64,000 bases of DNA from Myxococcota bacterium (GCA_965223415.1 OZ245002.1:1632001-1696000), one strand, 5' to 3'; counted from the stretch's first letter, positions 46,653-56,659 are shown. The notes: generated by a model from the sequence alone, not told the origin. Translations and numbers: made by a program.

Positions 46653-47294
46653 TCAGAGGTCGACGACCATGAGCTGCACGTGATGGCGGCGGCCCTCCGG
46701 CGAGCGCAGGCCCGGCGTCGGAACCGGGGGCCCGTGGCGGCGGAAGCCGACGCGCTCGAAGAAGCCGATGGCCGGGTGGTTCTCGGCGAGCGTTCCGAGG
46801 TGGCAGCCCGGCGAGCCGCGCTCGCGAAGCCGGGCGAACCAGGCATCCGTCAGGCGACGGCCGGCGCCGCGGCCGCGCACCGGTGCGAGGAGATCGATGT
46901 GGAGATGAGAGGGCCAGCGCGGATCGTCGAGCTCGCCGTCCGGGATGCCCATGCGAAGGGCGTCCACGAAGGACCGCCACAGGAAGCCGGCGGTGCCCGG
47001 GCGAAGGAGCAGGCCGTAGCGCAGGGCGCTCTTCAGGATCGCGCGTTCGGGGCTGGGCGCACGGCGGGTGTCGACGCAGCCGATCAGGTACCCCCGCACC
47101 TCGCCTTCGTGCTCCACGACCCAGGCCGATTCCGGCTCCTCGTCGGTGTAGTAGCCGGACCAGATGTCGGAGAAGCTGTCACGGTGGCGCCAGTAGAAGC
47201 TCGGCGAGGCACCCATGTAGCCGGTCTCGTAGGTGACCCGGCGAAGGCCGGACCGATCGGCGGAGCGATAGGGTCGAACGTCCAGCTCGGTCAC
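46653..47294 (-). CDS. GNAT family N-acetyltransferase
   Basis: HLHIDLL..VRGRGAG, N..AIGFFERVGF. Confidence 0.88.
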   Translation of the reverse strand: MTELDVRPYRSADRSGLRRVTYETGYMGASPSFYWRHRDSFSDIWSGYYTDEEPESAWVVEHEGEVRGYLIGCVDTRRAPSPERAILKSALRYGLLLRPGTAGFLWRSFVDALRMGIPDGELDDPRWPSHLHIDLLAPVRGRGAGRRLTDAWFARLRERGSPGCHLGTLAENHPAIGFFERVGFRRHGPPVPTPGLRSPEGRRHHVQLMVVDL

Positions 47295-47299
47295 AGCGC

Positions 47300-50200
47300 T
47301 CAGCGCAGGGCGGCGAGCGGATCCTGGCGGAGTCGCTCACCCACCTGGAGGAATCGCCGTCGGAGCGGCTCCTCTTCGAACGGCTCCGCCAGGGCCGCGA
47401 GGGTCGCAGCCGCGTCCGCGTGGTGCTTCTCAGCCTCCCCGTCGTGGCCCCGGCGTCGGGCCAGCTCGCCGAGCAGCGCGAGGGCGCGCCGGCGGATCGG
47501 CGGGTAGCCGATCGCGTCCGTCGAGGCGAGGGCTTCCCGCAGGCTCTCTTCAGCAGCGCCGCGCTCGTCGAGGTGGAGCCAGGCGCGCCCGCGCAGCTCG
47601 AGGGCGCGGGCGACGAGCTTGGCCGCGTCGTTGCGGCGCGCACCAGCGAGCTCCTCGTCCAGGAGCGGAAGGGCTCGCTCGGGCTCGCCGCGGGCGATCC
47701 ACAGCCGCGCCTCCGCGTCCTGAAGATGGAGCGAGTAGCGCCAGCGCATCCACGGATCGTCGCCCCCGGCGAGGTCGGCGCGAACCGGCTCCAGCACGGC
47801 GTCGGCTCCAGCGAGATCTTCGAGCGCGATGCGGTTGCCGGCCTTGTTGATCGACGCGTTCCCGTGGATCTCGTTGACCCCCGCCACCAGCTCGAGATCG
47901 AGCAGCTCCTGCGCCGTCTCGACGGAGCGGCGATTGAAATCCTCGGCGAGCTCGTCGGCCCCGAGCTCCGCGTGGATCCAGCCCAGGGTGTTCAGCATGC
48001 GCGTGCGCTGGTGACGATCCCCGATGCGCTCGGCCAGCTCGTCCGCGTCGCGGATGAGCCGCAGCGCCTCGCCGTACTGCCCCAGACAGCAATGGGCCTT
48101 GGCCCGGGACCACTGGCCGGGGATCAGGAGCCCTGGCAGGCGGTGCTTGCGTGCGAGCTCGACGCCCTCGGCCTGCGCCGCCGCCGCCTCCCGGTAGCGC
48201 CCGCACCACTCCGCGTACTGACCCTGCAGGTAGCGCAGCACGATCACGACCTCGGGGTGGGTGGGCGCCAGCCGTTCGACCTCCTCGAGCAGCCGATCCT
48301 GCTCCGGGAACTCGGCGACGATCGCATGGCGGAACACCTCGAGGGTCTTTGCGAAGGCGAGCCCTTCGCCGAGGCCGTGCTCCCGAGAGAGCCGCGCGCA
48401 CGCCGCCACCGCCTCGTCCATCTGGGGATAGTGATGGCCCCAGGCGAAGCCGTGGGCCGCACGGCCCAGGTTCAGCACGACGTCGGTGGGATCGTCCGCC
48501 AGCTCGGCAGCGCGAAGAAAGGCGTCGCCGGAGGCCTGGAACTCGCTCATGGCACTGGTGCACATGCCCAGCAGCTCTTCCAGCTCGCGGAGGGTCGCAG
48601 CGGACACCGCCTCGCCCAGCCGTTCGGCGATGGCGAGGGCGCGCCGCGCGTACTCGCGCGCGGACTGGTTCGCAAAGGCCTCGGCGGCCCGCTCGGCCGC
48701 GCGCATGTCGTAGAAGAAGGCCTTGTCCCACTCCTCGGCGGCGGTGAAGTGGTGAGCGAGATGGTCGAAGTGCTCGGCCAGGCGATCGCGGTAGAGCTCC
48801 TCGATCGCCAGGCCGACGAGCCGGTGCAGCTCCTTGCGGCGGCTCTCGAGAACGCTGTCGTAGGCGACGTCGCGGGTGAGCGCGTGCTTGAACATGAAGG
48901 CCAGCTCGGGATGCGCGGCCGTCTCGTAGATCAGCTCCAGGGAGCGGAGCTCGTCGATCACCGGCTCGATGTCGCCGCCAACCGCCGCCGCGTGCTCGAG
49001 AAGGCGGAGCGCGAACTCCCGACCGATCACGGCGCCGAGCTGAAGGGCGCGCTTGGGCTCGTCGGCCAGACGATCGAGGCGCGCCATCAGCACGTCCTGG
49101 ATCGAGTCGGGAACCGAGCCGCCGTCGAGCTTGCGGGCCACCTCCACCCGGCCGGCAACGGGGCGCAGGGTGCCGTCCTCGACCAGGGACTGGATCACCT
49201 CCTCGACGAAGAAGGGGTTGCCCTCCGCCCGGGCGGCGATGAGATCGCGGAGCTCTCCGGGCACGCTGTGGGCGGCGAGGACCTGCTCGGCCATGCGACC
49301 CATCTCCGCCGGGCTCAGGGGCTGGAGCGAGAGGCGAAGGTAGAAGCTGCGATCGCCGAAGGGGTGGCGGTAGCCGGGCCGGTGGGTCAGCACGAGGAGG
49401 ATGCGACTCGCCGGGACGCTGTCGATCACGAAGGCGAGGAACTCCTCCGAGGCCTTGTCGATCCAGTGGATGTCCTCGATCACGAACACGAAGGGCGCAT
49501 CCCGGGCCGCGCGCTGGAGCTGGGCGCGAAGCGCATCGAAGGTGCGACTGCGCCGGGTGGCAGCGTCCATGGCGTCGACTTCCTCGTCGCCGCTCGGCAA
49601 CGAGAGCAGGGTCTTCAGGTAGGGGAGCGTCCATGCGAGCTCGCCGCCGGCCTCGCTCTCGACGCGGTCCATCCGTTCGAGGGCCACGGCGTCGTCGTCA
49701 CCGGAATCGATGCCGAACGCCTGGCGCAGAGCGTCGATGATGGGGTGGAACGGAAAGTCGCGGGCGTAGGTCATGCAGCGACCTTCCGCCCATCGATGGG
49801 GTCGCCCGGCCAGGCTCCGCTGGAACTCGTACCGCAGGCGCGATTTCCCGATGCCCGCCTCGCCGACCAGGAAGGCCACCTGGCCGACGCCGGAAGCCGC
49901 GGAATCGAAGGCCCGCTGCAGGGCCGCGAGCTCCAGCTCCCGGCCGACCAGCGGCGTCAGGCCTCGTTCGGCCTGGGCCTCGACGCGCCCGGGCACGCTT
50001 CGCTCCCGCTGGGCCACGAAGGCGCGCACCGGCTCGGCCTTTCCCTTCAGGTCGAAGCTCCCGCGATCCTCCAGGTCGAAGAAGCCCTCCACCGAGCTTC
50101 GGGTCGCCTCGGAGACCAACACGGCACCGGGCGGCGCGGCCGCCTGCAGCCTTGACGCCAGGTTGGTCGTGTCGCCGACGGCGGTGTAGTCCATGCGCAG

Positions 50201-50827
50201 GTCGTCGCCGATGCGACCGACCACCACCGGGCCGGAGTGGATGCCGACCCGCATGTGCAGGGGCGCGCCGTAGCGCCGGGCAACCTCCTCGGAGAGGGGC
50301 CCGAGGGAGCGCTGAACGGCCAGCGCGGCGGCGACGGCTCGCCGGGGTGCATCTTCCAGGGCGAGGGGCGCGCCGAACAGAGCCATTACGCCGTCGCCGA
50401 GGAACTGGTTCACCGTTCCCTCGAAGCGGTGCACCTGATCGAGGATCAACGCGAAGCAGCGATCCATGATCTCGTGCATCGCTTCGGCACCGATGCGCTC
50501 GGCGAGGGCGGTGGAATCCGCGAGGTCGCAGAAGAGGACGGTGACGTTCTTGCGCTCGCCTTCCATCGCCGCGCGGCTCTGCAGGATCCGCTCGGCGAGG
50601 TGGGCCGGTGTGTAGGCGCTGGGGGCGTCGGGCGACTGCGACGCCTCGCCGGCCGGCGCCGACGCCTCGCTGGCCGGCGTCAGCCGCTCACCACAGGCGT
50701 TGCAGAAGGAGGACGCGGGCGGGTTGCCATGGCCGCAGCTCGCGCAGGCAGCGGACAGGGGCGCACCGCACCCGTTGCAGAAACGGGCGCCGGTCGGGTT
50801 CTCCCGTTCGCAGGCCGAGCAATCCAC
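47300..50827 (-). CDS. Double zinc ribbon - class III nucleotidyl cyclase - STAND ATPase - TPR protein
   Basis: Four CxxC pairs, LFCDLADST, FLGDG, GDTTNLASRL, GEAGIGKS, EDIHWID, GNPFF, FKHAL, helical repeats. Confidence 0.93.
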   Translation of the reverse strand: MDCSACERENPTGARFCNGCGAPLSAACASCGHGNPPASSFCNACGERLTPASEASAPAGEASQSPDAPSAYTPAHLAERILQSRAAMEGERKNVTVLFCDLADSTALAERIGAEAMHEIMDRCFALILDQVHRFEGTVNQFLGDGVMALFGAPLALEDAPRRAVAAALAVQRSLGPLSEEVARRYGAPLHMRVGIHSGPVVVGRIGDDLRMDYTAVGDTTNLASRLQAAAPPGAVLVSEATRSSVEGFFDLEDRGSFDLKGKAEPVRAFVAQRERSVPGRVEAQAERGLTPLVGRELELAALQRAFDSAASGVGQVAFLVGEAGIGKSRLRYEFQRSLAGRPHRWAEGRCMTYARDFPFHPIIDALRQAFGIDSGDDDAVALERMDRVESEAGGELAWTLPYLKTLLSLPSGDEEVDAMDAATRRSRTFDALRAQLQRAARDAPFVFVIEDIHWIDKASEEFLAFVIDSVPASRILLVLTHRPGYRHPFGDRSFYLRLSLQPLSPAEMGRMAEQVLAAHSVPGELRDLIAARAEGNPFFVEEVIQSLVEDGTLRPVAGRVEVARKLDGGSVPDSIQDVLMARLDRLADEPKRALQLGAVIGREFALRLLEHAAAVGGDIEPVIDELRSLELIYETAAHPELAFMFKHALTRDVAYDSVLESRRKELHRLVGLAIEELYRDRLAEHFDHLAHHFTAAEEWDKAFFYDMRAAERAAEAFANQSAREYARRALAIAERLGEAVSAATLRELEELLGMCTSAMSEFQASGDAFLRAAELADDPTDVVLNLGRAAHGFAWGHHYPQMDEAVAACARLSREHGLGEGLAFAKTLEVFRHAIVAEFPEQDRLLEEVERLAPTHPEVVIVLRYLQGQYAEWCGRYREAAAAQAEGVELARKHRLPGLLIPGQWSRAKAHCCLGQYGEALRLIRDADELAERIGDRHQRTRMLNTLGWIHAELGADELAEDFNRRSVETAQELLDLELVAGVNEIHGNASINKAGNRIALEDLAGADAVLEPVRADLAGGDDPWMRWRYSLHLQDAEARLWIARGEPERALPLLDEELAGARRNDAAKLVARALELRGRAWLHLDERGAAEESLREALASTDAIGYPPIRRRALALLGELARRRGHDGEAEKHHADAAATLAALAEPFEEEPLRRRFLQVGERLRQDPLAALR

Positions 50828-50883
50828 CGCGGGCTCCAGCGCACGAGGCGCTCCGCGATCCTAGCGCCGCGGAGTCCCGCGGC

Positions 50884-51201
50884 TCAGGAAGCGCAGGCGA
50901 CGCACACGGGCGTATGAGGGATGGCGTCGAGGCGGCGTGCGTCGATGGCTTCGCCGCAGCTCACGCAGGTGCCGAAACGGCCGTCCTCGATCCGGGCCAG
51001 GGCGGCGTCGATCGCGTCGAGCTCCTCCCGCCCGGAGGCATCCAGGCCCTCCAGCACCTCGTCGTTCTCGGCCTCCGTGGCCCGCTCTTCCGAATCCGGA
51101 TGCTGGGGGCGGCGGAGATCCGTCTCGATGCGACCGACCCGACGGGCGAGCACCCGGCGGCGCGCCTCCAGATTGTCTCGATGGGCTTCGACGGACGTCA
51201 T
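50884..51201 (-). CDS. TraR/DksA family C4 zinc-finger protein
   Basis: AALARIEDG.FGTCVSCGEAI...RL...P....CVAC; coiled-coil tip DSEERA. Confidence 0.9.
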   Translation of the reverse strand: MTSVEAHRDNLEARRRVLARRVGRIETDLRRPQHPDSEERATEAENDEVLEGLDASGREELDAIDAALARIEDGRFGTCVSCGEAIDARRLDAIPHTPVCVACAS

Positions 51202-51290
51202 GGCTGCGCTCCCGGCTGCGCCTCCCCGGGGGAGGACTCTACGGAGAATACGCAACTCGGGGATCGGGCCCAGGCCGGTCGGGGCCCGCC

Positions 51291-51698
51291 TCAGGGCCGG
51301 CGGCGCCGGGCTCCCGCCTCCCGGCGGCGCTGCTCCAGGTAGGCGGCGACGGTCGCCCGCACGTCGACCTGGTCCACTTCCAGCTCGAAGACCACAGCGG
51401 ACGGCGGAAAGCCCATCCGGTATTCGGCGCCGTCGCGGGTGCGGTCGAGCAGGCCGTGGTCGACGAGCAGACGGCGCAGGGTGACGTGGTCCGTCGAGAT
51501 CGCCGGTGCCACCTCCCGGCCCCAGGCGCGCAGGAGCACACCGATCTCCCGCTCGCTGTATCTTCGGCGGCTGTCCATCAGCAACAGGATGCTCTTCATG
51601 AGGATCTGCCGGTCGCGACGCCGCCGCGGAAAGCGGCGGGGGCCTCTGTGGACGCCGAGGCGGCAGAGGCGGTCCAGGAACTCGTCGAGGCTGATCAT
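51291..51698 (-). CDS. DUF2087-like winged-helix protein
   Basis: YSEREI, DHVTLRRLLVDHGLLDRTRDG.EY. Confidence 0.8.
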   Translation of the reverse strand: MISLDEFLDRLCRLGVHRGPRRFPRRRRDRQILMKSILLLMDSRRRYSEREIGVLLRAWGREVAPAISTDHVTLRRLLVDHGLLDRTRDGAEYRMGFPPSAVVFELEVDQVDVRATVAAYLEQRRREAGARRRRP

Positions 51699-51797
51699 GC
51701 GTTCGGGGGCCCGGCTGGATAGTTGAGGGTGATTCGCCCGTAGCGCGCAGGGGGTCCGATGCGCTACCACACCCCCCGTTTGGGGGAGGTTCCTAGT

Positions 51798-51983
51798 ATG
51801 GCGGTTCGAAGAGACTGGCCGGCCATCATCAATCGCCTGAATCGCAGCAGGACGGGCGTGATGCGGATCAAGATGGGTTCCCCCGGGAGCGCCCAGGTGA
51901 CCCGCGTCCGCCTGCTGGCCGAGTGGAAGAACCTCGAGGCGACGACTGTCGGATCGGTCCTCGAGCTCCGGCTCCGCTCGTAG
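51798..51983 (+). CDS. Small basic hypothetical protein (61 aa)
   Basis: Strong GGAGG RBS, fills an intergenic gap, globular-looking sequence. Confidence 0.65.
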   Translation: MAVRRDWPAIINRLNRSRTGVMRIKMGSPGSAQVTRVRLLAEWKNLEATTVGSVLELRLRS

Positions 51984-52031
51984 CCCTGCGACAGGGCGCT
52001 CGGATCGACGCCTCCGGCTAGGCTCCCTTTC

Positions 52032-54956
52032 GTGATGCGCTCGGGGGGAGGCGCGAAGCCGGCGGAAGGAGTCCGGAGGCCGCTGAACGCGCGGGCGGGC
52101 TGCTGGATCCTGCTGCTCGTGTCCCTCCTCGGCGCCTGCGGCGAGCTCCAGCGACCGGTCGCTCGCACGGTCGAGCTCCGGCTGCGCGAGGTGTACGACG
52201 CCGGCGCCTGGCTGCGCCGCGTCCCGGCGCAGCTCGCCCTCTCGCTCTACGCGCGCACCAAGCTCGAGAGCTTCGTGGACGAGCTGGAGCTCCCGCCGGA
52301 GGTCCGCGCCCGGGTGCGTGCGCGGATGCGAGCCGAGGACTTCCTCGACGAGCTCGTTCCCTTCCTCCTCTTCCTGCGGGACATGTACACGCCGCCCGAG
52401 GGCGCGAGCGCGGAGACCTTCGACGACCACCTGCGCCGCGCCTTCCGCCCCGGCGACGGCGTGCCCGGCATGGAGCACTCGATGTTCCGCTGGGAAGAAG
52501 TGGAGACGGCGACGGAAGGCAGTCCGGCGCTCCCGGGCCTCGACCCGGACCTGGTGCGTCACCTCGTCACCTTCTACGACGTCCTCTACCTGAAGGCTGC
52601 CGTCGACGCGACGAACATGGGCGACCGCCTCGCTTGCGAGAGCCGCACCGCCCTCGAGGGGCTTCAGGAGGCGACGCGCGCCGCCAAGCCCGCGGTGCGT
52701 GGGCTGTTGCGTGCCCTGCGCAGTCAGCTCGCGGCCCAGGCCGACGTGGGTGCCGCCGTCGACGGCGTGCTTCGCGACGACGGGCGGCTCGAGGCCGCCA
52801 CCGCCGCGTTGATCCGTTTCGTCGACCAGACCGTATGCCGCAACTACCGCTTCTTCGCGGCCCGGGCCTTCCGGATGCAGCAGCTCGAGACGTGGATGCT
52901 AGGCGAGCTGGCCGAGCCCGACGGGGGCGAGCTGTGGGCCTTCCTCGAGCACGCCAATCGGCAGCGGCGCTACGGTGCCGTGATCGTCGTGGACGGCCTG
53001 CAGGGCGCGCTGCTCGACGCCCTGGCCCGGGGCGAGGCAGCCGCTCCCTTCCTGCGCGTCGTCGCCGCCGAGCAGGCGGCGGCCGGCGGCCCCGCGCCTT
53101 CCGCCCGGTCCCTGCGCGCCCCGGAGGCCCAGCAGACCCGCTTCGTGGAGCACATGGCCGAGCGGGGATTCCAGCACCCGGCCTACCTGCCCTTCTTCCG
53201 TCGGCTTCGCGCCATGCAGCGGAGTCTCTGGATCCCGATCGGCATCTCGACCACGCCGACGATCAGCGTGCGCAACATCCCGCTCGCCTTGGCGGGCGCG
53301 CCCGTGGCCGGCCAGGGCGCCACTGGCCTTCCGAACTTCCATTTCGTGGACCGCACCTTCACCCGCAAGGGCGAGCAGCGCGGCCGCCCCTACTACTTCT
53401 ACGGGAGCGACGCTGTGGAGCTGGTCTCCATGGCGCGAGCGTCGGGGATGCGCACCCTCTTCGAGCGCCTCCCCCAGCTCGGCGGCCTGAGCTGCACCGC
53501 CCAGTACGACGAGCACGCCCACTTCGGGATCGACGCGCTCCTCAACCTGGGTCTGGGGGAGAAGCTCCGCGACTTCGGCGACCGGATGTGCGCCGCGGAG
53601 CTCGAACGACGCGCTCGCACCGAGCGCGAGCTCCAGGCCCTCCGGAGCGAGCTGCTGGCGAAGCGCGAGCTCCTCCGAGGCGAGCGGCCCTGGTACGCCT
53701 TCTGGCAACAGCTGGGGGACGAGCAGGACCGCGCCCTCGCCCGCCGCTCGATCGCGGACGTCGCACGGCTCGAGCAGCGCACCCTGCCGGAGCTGCTCGT
53801 CTACTACAACCCCTGGCCGGATCACTTCGCCCACTTCGAGGGCCCCTTCGCCGACGAGATCCTGGCGCCCTCCGGTGAGCTGAACCGTCTCGACTACTGG
53901 CTGGGGCGCGTCCACGGCGCCTACGCGGAGGCGGGTGTGCTGCCGCGCACCCTGTTCGGCATGGCCGGCGACCACGGCCTCGCCCCCGTCTTCCACCTGC
54001 TGAACCCCGAGGTCGAGGTCTTCGACGCCCTGCGCGACGAGGGCGTCGACTTCCGCGTCCTGAAGATCTCCTCCGACGAGGGAGAGGGGCCCAAGCTCAC
54101 CAACCCGTTCGATCCGCCGTCGATGAAGGGCGTCGACCTGGTGGTCGCCTCCACCGCGGGCGGCAACTACATGCTCGACCTCTTCGCGGATCAGGCCGAC
54201 GGCTTCGCGACCCAGCCGCTGGCTTCCCAGCTACGGGTCTTGCGCCCCCTCGCTTCCCGCGACGGCCCGATGGTCGACCTGCTGGAAGAGATCACCCGCC
54301 GTCTGGCCGACTCCCTGGACTACCTGGTGGTCCGAGAGAGCCGGTGCTCACCAGCTGGCGGCAGCGTGCTCGTGCTCGCGGAACGCGACGGAGTGCAGGC
54401 CCGCGGGCGCATCGAGCGTCGCGAGCGCCGCGTCCACTACGCCTTCGCAGGCGCTGACCTCCTCGACACCGGCGTCCTGTCGCCCTACGAGGCGATCGAC
54501 GATGCCGGACGCGCCGCGCATGCGGATCTTCGCGCCCGCTGTCTCTCGGCGGCGGTGGATCGGCCGGAGACCTGGTGCGACGAGAGCGAGTGGCGCCGGC
54601 TCACGTCCTACACGCCGCGGCCGGACTCGGTCGTCCAGCTCGCCCACCTCTACGACGCGGAACGCGCCGGCACCGTGAACCTCTTTCCCCGAGCCGGCGT
54701 CGGCTACAACTCCGGCGTGCCGGGCCGGCACGCCGGCGAGTCGTTTCACGAGAAGAACGCCTTCCTGGCGGTGTGGGGCGAGCCGCTCGCCGACGCCGAT
54801 GGGAGAGGCGTGCGCAGCGTCGTCAACGGGGCGATGCCGATGGCGGTCTTCCAGCATCTCGCGGGCGAGCGGCCGGTGCGCGGGCGGGACGGCTGGGGCC
54901 ACGACCCGCTCCCGGCCGACGCCTTCCGCGCCCGGTCGGGCGACGGCGGCCCCTGA
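52032..54956 (+). CDS. Large lipoprotein with type I phosphodiesterase/NPP (alkaline phosphatase superfamily) domain
   Basis: Lipobox LLGAC, IVVDG, PTISVRN, PDHFAH, GDHG, GRHAGE; start uncertain (possible CTG at 52083). Confidence 0.8.
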   Translation: MMRSGGGAKPAEGVRRPLNARAGCWILLLVSLLGACGELQRPVARTVELRLREVYDAGAWLRRVPAQLALSLYARTKLESFVDELELPPEVRARVRARMRAEDFLDELVPFLLFLRDMYTPPEGASAETFDDHLRRAFRPGDGVPGMEHSMFRWEEVETATEGSPALPGLDPDLVRHLVTFYDVLYLKAAVDATNMGDRLACESRTALEGLQEATRAAKPAVRGLLRALRSQLAAQADVGAAVDGVLRDDGRLEAATAALIRFVDQTVCRNYRFFAARAFRMQQLETWMLGELAEPDGGELWAFLEHANRQRRYGAVIVVDGLQGALLDALARGEAAAPFLRVVAAEQAAAGGPAPSARSLRAPEAQQTRFVEHMAERGFQHPAYLPFFRRLRAMQRSLWIPIGISTTPTISVRNIPLALAGAPVAGQGATGLPNFHFVDRTFTRKGEQRGRPYYFYGSDAVELVSMARASGMRTLFERLPQLGGLSCTAQYDEHAHFGIDALLNLGLGEKLRDFGDRMCAAELERRARTERELQALRSELLAKRELLRGERPWYAFWQQLGDEQDRALARRSIADVARLEQRTLPELLVYYNPWPDHFAHFEGPFADEILAPSGELNRLDYWLGRVHGAYAEAGVLPRTLFGMAGDHGLAPVFHLLNPEVEVFDALRDEGVDFRVLKISSDEGEGPKLTNPFDPPSMKGVDLVVASTAGGNYMLDLFADQADGFATQPLASQLRVLRPLASRDGPMVDLLEEITRRLADSLDYLVVRESRCSPAGGSVLVLAERDGVQARGRIERRERRVHYAFAGADLLDTGVLSPYEAIDDAGRAAHADLRARCLSAAVDRPETWCDESEWRRLTSYTPRPDSVVQLAHLYDAERAGTVNLFPRAGVGYNSGVPGRHAGESFHEKNAFLAVWGEPLADADGRGVRSVVNGAMPMAVFQHLAGERPVRGRDGWGHDPLPADAFRARSGDGGP

Positions 54957-55054
54957 AAGGCCCCCGGCACGCCGTGCAGCAGCCGACGCCGGAGCCAGGC
55001 GAGCCCTTGGAATCTCGGGCACCATGGGCTTCTCCCGTCCACCCGGAGGCTCCC

Positions 55055-56659
55055 ATGCGCCATCTCGCCCCGCTCCTGATCGCCCTGCTCCTGGCCGGCC
55101 CCGCCCTGGCCGGCGGGCCGACGGCGCCGGTCGCTTCCCACCCGGCACCGGAAGGCGTCGGCGAAGCCTTCGTGCCGGGGGTGCGGCTGGTGAGCGAGCT
55201 GCCCGGAGGCTACGTGGAGGAGGAGTTCATCCTCAGTGGAGCCGCCAACAACTACACCTACGCCCAGCCGCCGGTTCGCGACGAGCTGGTGGTGCTCCAG
55301 CCCGACGTGCCGTGGACGACCCGCCTCATCGTTCGCCGCCCGCCGGACCCCAGGGCCTTCGGGGGGACGGTGGTCATCGAGTGGTGGAACTCGACGGCCC
55401 AGTTCGACACGGCGCCGGTGTGGGATCCCTCGGCCGAGTTCTTCGTCCGCGAGAACTGGATCTACGTGGGCGTCACGAACAGCCCCACCTCGATCGACCA
55501 CCTGACCGGGGGTTGCATGACCTTGGGCGTCCTCCCGCCGACCTGCGGTACGCGCTACGCAGGCCTCTCGATCCCGGAGGCGGGCGTCGCCTTCGAGATG
55601 ATGAGTCAGATCGCGAACAAGCTGAAGAGTCTCGACGCGGACCGCCCGATCCCCCTGTCCTACGACGTCGAGCGCATCTTCCACACCGGCCAGTCCCAGC
55701 AGGGTGGCTCCGTCATCACCTACGCGACCGCGTTCCACTTTCCGGCGAACGACGGCTACTTCGTCCAGGGCGCGACCGGCGCGCGGCCGATCAACTTCCA
55801 GCCCAGCTGCACGCGGGATCCCGACAGCAACCCCTCACCTCCGCCCTACCCGGCGTGCACGCCGCGACTCACGGGCCCGGACGCCCTCGTCGCGACGGAC
55901 CTTCCGGTGCCGCTCGTCCAGGCCCTGGCCGAGACCGACGTGCCGGGGAGCCTTCGCCGCGGCGGGCGCCAGGCCGATACCGAGACCTACCGGTACTACG
56001 AGATGACCGGCGTGGCCCACACGACGGTTCACGAGGACGTGGAGCTCCTGCCCCAGGGCTTCCTCGGCCTGCCCCGCCTGACCCTGGAAGACGCCTGCCT
56101 GAACCCGCTGAACACCAGCGCCGACGGGCCCGTCTTCGGCAGCTATCTGATGAACGCCATGTGGGCCAACCTGGATTCTCAGGCGCGTTTCGGCATCGAT
56201 CCGCCCTTCGGCGATCCGCTCCAGATCGACGCGGCCGGAGCCATCGCACGCGACGCGCTGGGCAACGCGCAGGGCGGCGTCCGGCTGCCGGCCATCGAGG
56301 TGCCGATCGCCGCCTATACCGGGACCAACATCATCGACCCGAACGTGTTCCCTCCTCTCCAACCCCTGCTCGGGCTGTTCTGCCGCCTCACGGGCTCGGT
56401 AGACGCCTTCGATCACGCCACCCTCGCGACCCTCTACCAGAACAACAGCGGCTACGTGCGGCGCGTGCGCGCCGCTGCGACGGCGCTGCGAGTGGAGGGC
56501 TTCCTGCTGCGGGCCGCCGTGGACCAGATCGTCGCGGATGCGGAGGCCGCGAACATCATGGGCGAGGACAGCTGCGGCCGAGGCAGCGGCGCGTCCCTGG
56601 CGATCCTCCCCCTCGCCTGGTGGCGAAGCCGGCGCGCGCTGCGGAGCCGACGCGCCTGA
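55055..56659 (+). CDS. Secreted alpha/beta-hydrolase-domain protein with C-terminal membrane sorting tail
   Basis: Signal peptide, YVEEEF, GTVVIEWWN, GQSQQG, GNAQGGVRLP, C-terminal SCG..hydrophobic..RSRR. Confidence 0.82.
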   Translation: MRHLAPLLIALLLAGPALAGGPTAPVASHPAPEGVGEAFVPGVRLVSELPGGYVEEEFILSGAANNYTYAQPPVRDELVVLQPDVPWTTRLIVRRPPDPRAFGGTVVIEWWNSTAQFDTAPVWDPSAEFFVRENWIYVGVTNSPTSIDHLTGGCMTLGVLPPTCGTRYAGLSIPEAGVAFEMMSQIANKLKSLDADRPIPLSYDVERIFHTGQSQQGGSVITYATAFHFPANDGYFVQGATGARPINFQPSCTRDPDSNPSPPPYPACTPRLTGPDALVATDLPVPLVQALAETDVPGSLRRGGRQADTETYRYYEMTGVAHTTVHEDVELLPQGFLGLPRLTLEDACLNPLNTSADGPVFGSYLMNAMWANLDSQARFGIDPPFGDPLQIDAAGAIARDALGNAQGGVRLPAIEVPIAAYTGTNIIDPNVFPPLQPLLGLFCRLTGSVDAFDHATLATLYQNNSGYVRRVRAAATALRVEGFLLRAAVDQIVADAEAANIMGEDSCGRGSGASLAILPLAWWRSRRALRSRRA

